Assembly (NCBI RefSeq): GCF_002571385.2
Contig: NW_019218219.1
Location: 1-64,000, forward strand
DNA: 64,000 nucleotides
Direction of reading: 5' to 3'
Origin: Stylophora pistillata
Taxonomy: Eukaryota
Shown here: piece by piece, positions 14,001 to 26,000 of the stretch
Layout of the letters: every line of letters begins with the position of its first letter
Position numbering within the stretch: the stretch's first letter is position 1
Notes under the pieces: generated by a model
Databases searched by the model: none
What the model saw: the letters and a program-made list of their open reading frames with translations, nothing else
Told to the model about the DNA's origin: nothing
Made by a program: the position numbers and the translations under genes

Positions 14001-17000
14001 AAATGTAAGAATTCGACTCCGACGTGGAAGAGTTTGCCTAAGGTGGCGAAGAAAGTGGCGTAAACTTCGAAGACGTCGAGCCCGGAGAAGACGCTGGGGC
14101 AGGCGAGGTAAACGACAGAGAGGAAAATGGAGGAGGAAAAAGTTAAGGAGAAGGAGGAGATATAGGCGCAAAAAGCGAAGGCAACGGCGGCGACGACAGA
14201 GAAGGAAAAGAAGGCGGAGAAGGAGAAGAGTACGACGTAGACGAAGAAGAAGAAGACGAATGCGTCGCAGTAGGATACGAGTTTATTTTAGACGAAGATG
14301 GAATTATGTAATCAAGAGAAGAAGCGGATATATTGTCAGATATGGAAGAACAATATACCGAGTCAGGTGACAATATTTTGATTAACTAATTATAACTTAG
14401 GCATTTTTCTACTACAAATAAGATTCGGAGTAGTACGCAGCCTTCTTACTTCTCACGGTTAAACACTCTTTTACTTTGTGTGTAAGGAAAGGTTCAGTAT
14501 AGTCAAAGAAATGTCAATTTTCTTTAGATGCTTTTCATGATATTCATATTGATTATTAACGTAATTTGGATCGCAGTGATTATTTTGTAAACTGGCTCCA
14601 CACATGTCACTTTTGTACGATCTTTTCTCGCGGGCATCTTTAAACTTTGTAGATTTTCAAAAGGAATGCCACCCGGGAGACCTGGAGGGGATGAAATATG
14701 CACAAAGTATTTATATCAGATACAATGAAATATATGAGGTTCATATATTTTGAACTGCGGTATTAGATACATATGGTGAACGACCCTCGCAGTAGATAGC
14801 GCTGTTTAAGCAATAGCGAAAATTAGACCTGAAAAAAATCAACTTAACGGCCTGCTCCCAGTTGGCTTGTTAGCTCAATTGGTAGAGCGCTGCACTAGTA
14901 TCGCAGAGGTCAGTGGTTCGAATCCCGCTATCTACTGCGAGGGTCGTTCACCATATGTAAAGTATTTATATGTAGGGAGTNNNNNNNNNNNNNNNNNNNN
15001 NNNNNNNNNNNNNNNNNNNNNNNNNNNNNNNNNNNNNNNNNNNNNNNNNNNNNNNNNNNNNNNNNNNNNNNNNNNNNNNNNNNNNNNNNNNNNNNNNNNN
15101 NNNNNNNNNNNNNNNNNNNNNNNNNNNNNNNNNNNNNNNNNNNNNNNNNNNNNNNNNNNNNNNNNNNNNNNNNNNNNNNNNNNNNNNNNNNNNNNNNNNN
15201 NNNNNNNNNNNNNNNNNNNNNNNNNNNNNNNNNNNNNNNNNNNNNNNNNNNNNNNNNNNNNNNNNNNNNNNNNNNNNNNNNNNNNNNNNNNNNNNNNNNN
15301 NNNNNNNNNNNNNNNNNNNNNNNNNNNNNNNNNNNNNNNNNNNNNNNNNNNNNNNNNNNNNNNNNNNNNNNNNNNNNNNNNNNNNNNNNNNNNNNNNNNN
15401 NNNNNNNNNNNNNNNNNNNNNNNNNNNNNNNNNNNNNNNNNNNNNNNNNNNNNNNNNNNNNNNNNNNNNNNNNNNNNNNNNNNNNNNNNNNNNNNNNNNN
15501 NNNNNNNNNNNNNNNNNNNNNNNNNNNTTTTTACTTCAACTCAAGCATTGTTTTAAAATACAACTGCGTTAGGTTAATAAGCAGATCATTAGTTGCTCTT
15601 TATCACATTTATGACGCAGCTCACCGAGGAGGATGAAACTATTCTGGAAATTATTACCTACGTGGGACTAAGCCTCTCCATTATTGGGATACTTTTGACA
15701 ATTATTCTATATTCCTTCCTCACGTAAGTATTATAAACATACGACTTAAGAGTTAGTATTTACATGACTTCGAAGATTTCAGGCCCAAATCGGACTAGTT
15801 CATATAAAATGATAATAATAAAAAAGATAATGATAATTAATAAAAAAATTTGAAAAAGGTACAATACAAATGATAAAAATAGTTATTACAGTTGAAAATT
15901 ACGATAGAACAAGAATGAAGATAGCGAAAGCGATTAGAATGGATCAACTAGTATTACACAACTTACGTATGATGCACGATCCTCGCAGTAGAGAGCGCTA
16001 TTTATGCCATAGCGAAAATCAGACCTGGAAAAAATCAAGCCTGTACGGGATTCGAACCACTGACCTCTGCGATACTAGTGCAGCGCTCTACCAATGGAGC
16101 TAACTTCACGGCCTGCCTGCAGTTGGCTTGTTAGCTCAATTGGTAGAGCGCTGCACTAGTATCGCAGAGGTCAGTGGTTCGAATCCCGCTATCTACTGCG
16201 AGGGTCGTTCACCATATGTAAAGTATTTATATGTAGGGAAAGGAAGTGGTCCCGGAACATATTGTTGTCAGCTTTGTCTAATCCCTTCTCTTTCTTTTTC
16301 GTTTCGATTCTTTACTCCAGGTTCTACCGCCGCTCAATTAGGCTTAGTCGCAGAGGGAGGAGATCAATTAATGTGCCTCGCACGCGCGTTCAAGTCAAGA
16401 TAAGATACTGGCGAAAACTCCTTCCAAGGTTCAAGATTCGTTACAGAAGAAAAACTCAACCTCTGAGATTCTACAAAACTGGATTAAAGATTGGACGACG
16501 ATGGCTTTCCTATCGACGTCGTCGGATGACTAGGCGAAGATCAAGACGACGACGCATCAGAAGGAGAAGGCAAAGAAGGTTGAGGAGGCAAAAACGTAGA
16601 AGAAGGCGAAGAAGAAGGAAAAGGAGAAAGCGAAGAAGGATAAGAAGAAGAAGAAGGAGAAGAAGAAGGAGAAGAAGAAGACAAAGACGTGAGAGAGGAC
16701 GTAAAGTTCTTAAGTATCGACGTCGAAGGGGATCATATCAGCGACGCCTTAAGAGAATGCGTAAATTGAAAAAGATCAGGAGAATAAGGAAACGTATTCG
16801 AAGACGAAGGAGGTACGGACGAAGACGAAGGAGAAGAAGGAAGATGAGGAGAAGGAGGCGAAGACGACGAAGGCGTAGAAGGCAAAAACGAAGGAGAAGA
16901 CGCAGAACAAGAAGAAGAAGACGCCGTCGACAAAGGCGACAGCGTTACAGTGTTTTAGGACTGAAATATTACCGCAGATGGAGAAGCGTTTATCGCCGGG

Positions 17001-20000
17001 GACGGAAATTATACTTCCGTTTCAGAAGAAAGTCAAGAAGAATTAAGTTTAAGTAAGACTTGTTTGTTCTTCTTATTTTCATTTGTTTCTCCAATCGTGC
17101 TAAAAAAAAGAACATTAGCAATCGGCGAAACCAAGAGGATGATTTATCTTACACACGCATGCCCTGAGTTAATTTTTCAGCCATGAGTCAAAAAAGCTGC
17201 GTCTGCTTGGCGAGTTGAGGGAAAGGGGGGGGGGGGATGAAGGGTAATTTCTTCCATTTTTTTCCTCGCTGTTTAACCACATGCACTCGTTCGAAAATGC
17301 TGAATTTCCATTTATATTGTTTTATTTTTCTTGTTGCTTTTATGGCCAGCTTTTGGAAACTCCTGGATGGGGATATTGAAATCACGCAAATTAATTTAAA
17401 TGTAACTATTTACAAAGGATCAATATCCCTCTCCGACGTAATAGCTAAGATTTGACTCTACAGTGCTAATTGAAACTCTTCTTCTTTCTCATTCGTCATA
17501 AAGATATGGCGGAGGCAGGATATTGATACGTCGTCGTGGAACGTGGAAATCGATATCTACGAGGAGGCGACTCAGAATCAAGATAAATCGCAAATGGAGA
17601 AAAGTTGTAAGGTTTAGAGGAGCTTTCCGTGTTCGATACGGAAGGCGAAGGTGTAGAGTGAAGATCCGAAGAGGAAGGGTTATTGTCAAAATCAGACGAA
17701 TATGGAGAAATATACAGCGAAAGCGAAGATACAGAAGAAGGCGAGGAAGACGAAGAGTGCGAAGGCGACGCCGAAGAAATAGAAGGCGACGAAGGAGAAT
17801 TAATAGACGAAGACGAAGGCGAAAGAGAAGAAGGAGACAGCGTAGAAGAAGACTGAGGAGAAAATACAGAAGGAAAAGATTACGAAATATAAGAAGACGA
17901 CTACGAGGAAAAAGGTTGTGGAGAGGAAGAAGACGTAGACGGAGATCTCGTCGGTACAGGATGCGATTTTTCTTAAACGGTCGATGGGGAAGAGTGTTCA
18001 GACGTAGAGGATACTTGCGAGTCCGCATCGGGAGAAGAGTAACAAAGATAAGGTAACAATTTTTTTTTTATATTTTACTTTTATATTTTTGATATTAAGC
18101 AGTTATTCAATATCTTTATTAGGACTCATAAATTAGGATGTGTTTCAGAGAGATTGATCGAAAGCGACATGACTTCGACGTGGTTTTGTCAGATAGACGC
18201 CCGATCCTATAACTTGCCAAGATAATGTTATTCTATCGTAAAATTTATATTAAAATTTCGCTTTAAAATGTCGTTTTCGAGCCATGATGGGTTCTCAACA
18301 ACGTGAGCTAACTGATTTTTAAGTATTTAGCTTTGACGTCTGTTACAATAACTTTCTTTCATTTAATTTTTCATTTACTTAAGGAGAAACTAAGCATGAT
18401 AGACGGAATTCCTCTCGGCCAGCCCCAGATAATTTCATCTTATATGCTAACGATTGCAGGGGATGGAAAACGATTTACAGCAGACCTTGGGAAATTGTCA
18501 TCCTTATAATTTTCTCGAGGCATAACTTTTCCAACTGAGAGCCATCTTAAATGACTCTAGATTTTGTAGCCCAGGTTAAATCGCCGGAAAGAGTGATAAA
18601 AATGATGTTACACGGTTTACCTGTCTATGTTTATGTGGTTTGGTTTCATACTGATTCGAATTTACATTTTTACCGACCAAAAACTAGAAAATAAAGGCTT
18701 TAAAGGCGGCAAAGAAAGACTACAAACTCAAGTTTGAACAAATGGGTTTAAAATCGTGATTTTCAAAGAACAAAACAAAGCAATCATATCTATTTAAGTG
18801 CGTTTGCCAACTTGGCTAAGTTGTTGGGTCGATGTTTAGATGACACAATTGAGGAGATTTAAGCCATTCTACCTGGGTCAACGCGGGTCTTGACAAGTGT
18901 TACTTGGCAAAGAGGGGTGACTTACAACTTGATTTCTGAATATCATTAAAACGCTAGCAATCATTTGGCTGTTACATTTTTACCCTTCGCAAATAAGAAA
19001 AAAGTGACCTAGGATCGCGATAAGAGGCCTAGAGTGCGGAGGGATGCATTGCTTTGTTTTCACGAACCTCTAGCTTCACGTGGAAAGACACCATCCACAA
19101 TGAATTTACTCCTCTTAATTTTCTATACTCCCACGCACAGATATCGTCGTGGCCGCTGGACTGTGTGGCGCAAAAGAAGATGGTTTGCCCTTCGTGGAAA
19201 AAGCCGTCTGAAAATACGTTATCACAGGACGTGGAGGCGGATTGTTTACAAACGCAACAGGCCTGTTGTGCTCGTTGGAAGAAGATACAGAACAGTGCGG
19301 ATCCGGCGCGGACGATTGATCATTAGGTTTAGACGTAAAATAACAAGGCGAAGGAAAGGCTATGTAAGGAGAGGAAGATGGTCGAGGTTAGGCCGTAAAG
19401 GATTCCTGAAACGTTCGAGACGTTCACGACGCCTGAAACGTCTGAGAAGATTAAAAAAGAGGAGGAGACGGCAAAGGCTAAGGCGGAGATTGCGCAGACG
19501 AAAGATCAGACGAAGAAAGAGAAGGTACAGGAGAAGGAGGAGAAGAGCAAGGAGAAGAAAAAGACGCAGAAGAAGAAGGAAGCGACGCAGACGAAGGATC
19601 AGGAGACGAATTAGACGAAGCATAATGCGAATCTATTATGCTAGGAGATGGAGGGAGGTTTACAGAGAAGGAACCAGACTGAGATTTACATTTGGACGAA
19701 GGCCCTACTTCGTCAGGTAAATGGAAACTAATGATCGATGGAGAGCTAGAACCTTTCACAAGTGAGAGTGAAGAACTTTGCAATATGGGGAACATAAGAT
19801 TATCCAAGACCAAATTCTCCGAACTATCTGATGAGACGTGGGAGTGAAAGGATTAAAACAGACGTTACTAATTTGGGGAGGGCCAAAATATATGATTTCT
19901 TCAGAAAGTTTGGATCCTCTCCTCTCATCTCTCAAAACACTTTGCTTTTACATCTCAATATAGTAGGGTATAAACGTTTTCCATCAAGAATTTTATCTAC

Positions 20001-23000
20001 TTTAGTCGTTTCTCATACGAGACAAAGACACCCCGCTCTAAAAACTGCAGGGCTGTCGGGCATCATATCCAATCTTTTTACCTCAAATTATCATTTCTCT
20101 GTCATTGGTTTTAATAAGATGAGTGCGAATCGTTAGATTTCACTAAAACCAGATATAAATTGTTTCTATCAAAGTGGATTGTTCAGTGGCTGTGGATACA
20201 AAACTGCCTTGATATTACAAAATGTATCAACATTTATTTATTATCTAAATTACTCCAGCTGAACGATAATTGAGATTTGACTTTGAATTCACCTCCTAAC
20301 TAGTCTTTTATTGTTTATTTAAAGATGTGGCTTTAGAAAGGTAAGCATTTTCCGCGGAGGTAGATGGATTCGACTTAGCCGGCCGAACAGACGCATAAGA
20401 GTGTTGTACAGGAACCGCTGGCGACCAGTTACGAGAAATAGGCAAGGGTTACTCCTAAGATACGGCCGAAAAGGATATCTCATGCGCTTTACAAAGGGAT
20501 TAATTGATGTTTACCGCCGAGGACACTGGAAGCGTCTCAGAAACCGCCGCCGAAAGGTTTCACGGCGTAGGAGAAGGTTAAGCAAAAAGAGAAGAAAACG
20601 ACGACGTATGAGAAGAAGACGAAGACGAATCCGACGAACTCGTCGACGAAAGAGGCGACAACGTCGAAGGCGAAGAGTGCGAAGAAGACGAGCTAGTAGA
20701 CGAAGACGTTTGCGAAGGATTATTAAGCGACTGGGGAGGGGTAAGAAGAGACGCCGAGGAATTCGAAGAACCCGAAAGCTGTTCAGTGTCCTTCGGCTCT
20801 TTTTCAAAGGAGGATGGAGAAAAGCTTATAAAATTGGAGGTCGCTTGAGAATCCGATACCGTGGAAGAACAACCGTAATAAGGTAACCTTTTTATTTTTA
20901 TTGACAGCACTACAGATGTCACCGGCGTTTTATTTTCCTAATTAAGTTGACAAGGAGCTTGATTGTCCTTTTTCATTTTGTGGACAAAAACTAATCGGTA
21001 ATGTACAGTCTTTCAGAATAGTATGGAACACCCGGCCATACGTACTAGTAATGAAAAGGAAGAAATCTGAATATTCCCAATCCACAGCCAGTGCAATGCC
21101 AATTTCGTCCGGACCCATAAATTTGTATGCATAGTAACACTGAAATAGAGACAGGAGGGGAGAAATAACAAAGTGGAGACGTTGGTTCACTTTTTAAGAG
21201 TTCACTTTTAGGAAGAATAAAGCGCCACATTCGTTCAAATGTAGAAGTTTGAAGATTGGTGTACAAAAAGATTTTTATTATTCTCCTTAGCTACTACGCA
21301 CGTTACAGAACGCTAAACATTACCAGTGTTTTGGTTGTGGATTTAGTTTGGTTTGTATCGCTAGTTAAGGAAACACCCAGTCTTTCATGATCACTTTTAG
21401 AACGGACCTCATTCATTGCTAGTAAAAGGCAGTAATAGGTGGTAGTATCTGAGTGTCATTTAAGGCGAGTTTTTAATGCATCATTATGAAAATATGGTTT
21501 TTGCACATGTCCTATTAGTCTGCCTATTTCCTGGTGGAAAAAACATGATTTCGATGAGATTATGTGTACTGAAAAACACAGAACTCTGCTAATTTCACAG
21601 AAGGAAACAGTTGCAGTCCACTCAGCATGCTTCGCACTGTCTCATAGGAGTAGTACACTAAAATCTTCAAACATTTTGTTTGTTCCACAATAGAGAAACA
21701 AAGCAGATTTTCGGAATATTCTGTCCAGATTGGTACACATATTCCTCTAAGTTGTTTGAAATAGCGGATAGGTTTTCACATCCAATTGTTTTCTTTCCTA
21801 ACACAGGTGTAGTCGTGGTTATCTTTACATCCTCTCAAGAAAACGATGGCGTAGAATAAGAACACGTGGTAAAGTTCAGGTACTGTATCACAGACGCTGG
21901 AGGTACTTGATATCAGTAAAGAGAAGGGGAAGAAGAATGCTCGCTGTCAGATATGGTCGTAAACTAATTAAGATCACTATCCGTCATGGTCGAGTCAAAA
22001 TGTTTGTTCCAGCACACTTCGAAACGGTTAAACCAAAGCCAAAACCACGACCAATACGACGAAAGCGGCCACGTTCACGTGGACGAGGACGTTATGGGCG
22101 TCTAAGAGGGCGACGAAGACGGCGACGTTGGCGAAGACGACTTCAACGACGACGGCGAAGGCGTAGACGGCGTTATATACGACGCCGCCGAAAACCTGTG
22201 TTCCTTTTCTATTATCGACGACGCTGGCGTTCTATTATCAGATGGCGAGGTCAAAGTAAATTGCGTTACCGCGGAAGATGGATAACCTTCTAGTGAGTAA
22301 AATTTGTTTTTATTTTGTGCATAGATTTCAGTTTCTAAAGAAACAATTGATCCTCTGATGATGCCGCTAATGATCCAGTTTAGCAGAAATGACATAGTAA
22401 CACATTCTAACCGGTCTTACTTGCTGATCCATAATGAGAATGAGAAGAGCAAGCAGACGTTCTCAACAGCAACGGGTAGGAAACAGGGGGATGTGTTGGT
22501 AAAAATTGTCGAGACAGACCGCTGGAAAATATAGTGCAGATGAGACCAGATGAATTGGACAACTAGCGTAAGCTACTGCCATAACTTGTCCACGCACGTG
22601 AGAGAAGGAGAGTGTAAACAAATTTGAGAGAAATTGGTCAGTGATAACGAAATAAAATAGGCCAAATTGAACCATAAGTGAAGAACAAAAACCCTCAAAA
22701 TTTTCCAACAGGCGCTTCTCCCCATAGCAGTGTAAGCTGCTGAGGTTGGTTACGAAAAAAAAAGCTGAGAAAGCAATGGTGGCTCCTGGAAAGGCGAGAA
22801 GCCTTAATTTAAACTTAAACTTCGTGAGCCTTAGTCATAGATTACGTTCTACGAGCGTGCGAGAAGGAGAGTTACTTCAAATTGAATTATCCTCAAATAA
22901 TTATAAGTTAGACGGTTGAGAATGGTACATTTATGTCCCCATATAATTTATCATTATTTGTTTTTTAAGGGGTTCTTTTACATCTAAGAGTGCTAGGATT

Positions 23001-26000
23001 TCGGTGGCATGGAGATCACCTGAATTTGAAAGTCTCAAAGAATATAAGTCCGAACAGGTTTCTTGGCCGGTTCTAGTGACTGAGTGAAAGGATTTTATTG
23101 TTGAATACTATAGAATTTATGTCCCTAAAAGGTCAAAATAGTTTAACATAGGTCTTTTTACCTAGGAAGTAGTCATTAAGACATCTACAGGATATTTTCG
23201 CTAGTTATCGTTCATTAATGGCACGTTAGACGTCTCTGGTCCGTCACCACGAACCATACTAACTTTATATGTCTTGAACTTCAACAGTTATCGAACAGGA
23301 CGATACGTCAGAATCACTTACAAAGGAAGAAGCCGCATTATACGTCACGTCAGTCGACGTTTCAAGTTACGTCTGGGTTACAAGCGATGGAGTTACCTTA
23401 GAGTACGTAGTGGAAGGCTTATGGTTCGTTCGTTGGGACGTTACAGGCCATTCAGGTTAACGGGCGGTCGCATCAGGCTACTATACGGCAGAAGATGGAC
23501 AATAATTAAGAGACAACCGCGAAGCCTAAGGAGACGAAGGCAATTGAGACGTCGACGTCGACGACGACAAAGGCGACGCATAAGACGGCAGCGTCGTAGA
23601 TACCGACGACGTAGGCGACGAATAAGACGGCGCAACGTTTTACGTTTCTATTATGGTCGAAGATGGATAAGTGTATTCCGCAGAGGTAGTTCATTGAGAT
23701 GTCTAATTGGTCGCAGATGGAGACTTGTTCGGTAAGTTCCTCCTACTACGGAATAATTATATGTAGCCTGTACCAAACCAAATATTCGCTTAAAGAGCAG
23801 CCTAGGGTCACTTTACTAGTTGTTACAATAGCAATCAAGATAAATTAGATAAACGATAATCGGACAAAGATTCTTCAAGATTCAACTCTTGGCCAAAGTA
23901 CGCGGTTAGATCACTGATCATGACTCTGCTTTGATCTAGTGTTGACATTTTACCATTACAGCATTGATTTATAAGTTTGTCTGAGTTACGAAAAACGCAA
24001 CAGAAGATGTGGTAACGAAGTTATATTCAATACACTTCTATTTTTATGTGCATGGTTACGACCACAGGCGCTATAGTTTTAGTTGTTGTTTCGACAACAG
24101 GGAATGACCACTTTCAAACGCAAGATTTTTAGGCTTAGATGTTAGAATATGTACTTACGTCCTTGAATGGAGGCCCAACAATCAACGTTACCTTTTCAGA
24201 TACCGTAAAGGAAGGATCGGAATCAGATCTGGAAGGAGATGGAGGTGGTTGAGCAGACGAATCAAATTCCGCTTTGGCCGAAGATGGCGATTATTGCGAT
24301 TTTACCGTGGAAAACCTCGCATAAGATTTAGAGGAAAACTGAAAAAGCTGCGCATAGCTTACGCTAAATTGCGCATACAAAACAAAGGAAGATGGTTGAG
24401 ACCCAGGACACGCAGAATTATACGACGACGACGACGAAGACGACGAAGAAGAAGATTAAGGAGGCGAAAAAGACGAGCGAGACGGCGACGCCGGCGAAGA
24501 GGACGGGGAAGGCGCCGTGTACGTCGATGCGTTATGCGTATACGGTTCAGAAGACGATTAAGGAAGATTTACAAGCGCAGAGGAGGATTGGTGATGCGCT
24601 TAGGAAGGCGATACAAGAGAGTAAAGTGAGTTTAATTGGTTAGGTCTCTGTCTAACATGCGGGCCACGAGATCTGCGAAGCTATAGCAAAAGTGATCTTG
24701 AACTTGCACATAGGCGGAGCACTAAGAAAGGAAAAAGGAAAGGAAAACACCACTTCCGTGATTTTTTCTAATTTGAGATCACTTTCACTGGGACTCGGAA
24801 ATACCTGAAGTGACCACCATTGTCAATAGGCTAACTCATCCCTACCGATATAAGAAAAGATAATGCAATCGCAGAGTAAACTGGGAAATACTATGTTCAT
24901 AAGCTTACCCGTTACAAGGCTTCTTAAAATATCCAGAACACACAAACGGAGACAAGTAAGACTACGTTTGACACGGAGACAATGCAGTACAACTTACTAT
25001 TTTTTCTCCCTCGCTGGTTTTAGGCACTCTTTACAGAAAAAAAAACCTACTAAGATTGAAAAGATGAATCATTGGATTTGTCAGACCTAAATTATACATC
25101 ATCAACTGATATAAAGTGACTTCTTGATTATTTCTGAAGACGGAAAACATCTCTTGTTTTCCAGGTACAAGTCCCGGAAAGGAAAGATCTCATTCAGATT
25201 CAGAGGAAGACGACGTTATATCAAACCGTACATCCGCATCAAAAGGCGATGGTGTCGTATAAGACGACGCAGAGGAAGGGTCACTGTAAAGTTACGAGGA
25301 AGATACCGTCGATTCAAGCTTATACGTGGAATACCAGCCTTTAGGAAAGGTAGGAAATGGCGAAGAATCCGTTACAGAACTAGGATATCACGAAGACGTC
25401 GTCGCCAGAGAAAACGAAAATATCGACGCAACTTACGAAGGCTACGCCGCTTAAGGCGTTACCGCCGACGAATGAGGCGAAGAAGGAGACGGATACGACG
25501 GTCCAGGAGACGTAACAGCTCCTTCATGATCTACTATCACCGAAAGAGAAGAGTAGTCTTCAGATGGAAAGGAAGATTGACCTTCCGCCTTGGAGGAAGG
25601 CGAAGAAGAATCAGGTAAAAAAACAATAAATCTTCCTTTTACCATCAGGAAAATTAAACTGTAGGTGGAATGCTGGAATATTTAGAAGGATTCAACTTGA
25701 TTGTAACTAAGTATCGTTTCAACAAATGCGATTAAAATAACTTGAATTAGTAAAAAGTTCAGCAGTGGGGACAGAAAGTAATTCGCTTCACATATGAGAT
25801 CGCATTCGTCTACAGCAACATACATAAGTCTTTAGAGAAGCAGTTCAAATGATTCTAATCAGTGAAAGAAATTCGTTTAAAAGAATCGGTTTTCCTAAGA
25901 CAGACAATAAAGGACATGTTCGAGTTCAATGTCAGCTTTTCAATCTAATTTTCCACAAGACTTTCAGTGGCATTCCCTTGTCTTCGTTGAATCTCCATTA

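Noticed and set aside
14867-15556. ORFs spanning N runs (also 39692-40435 and 38222-38652)
   Set aside because: Artefacts of translating gaps and repeats.
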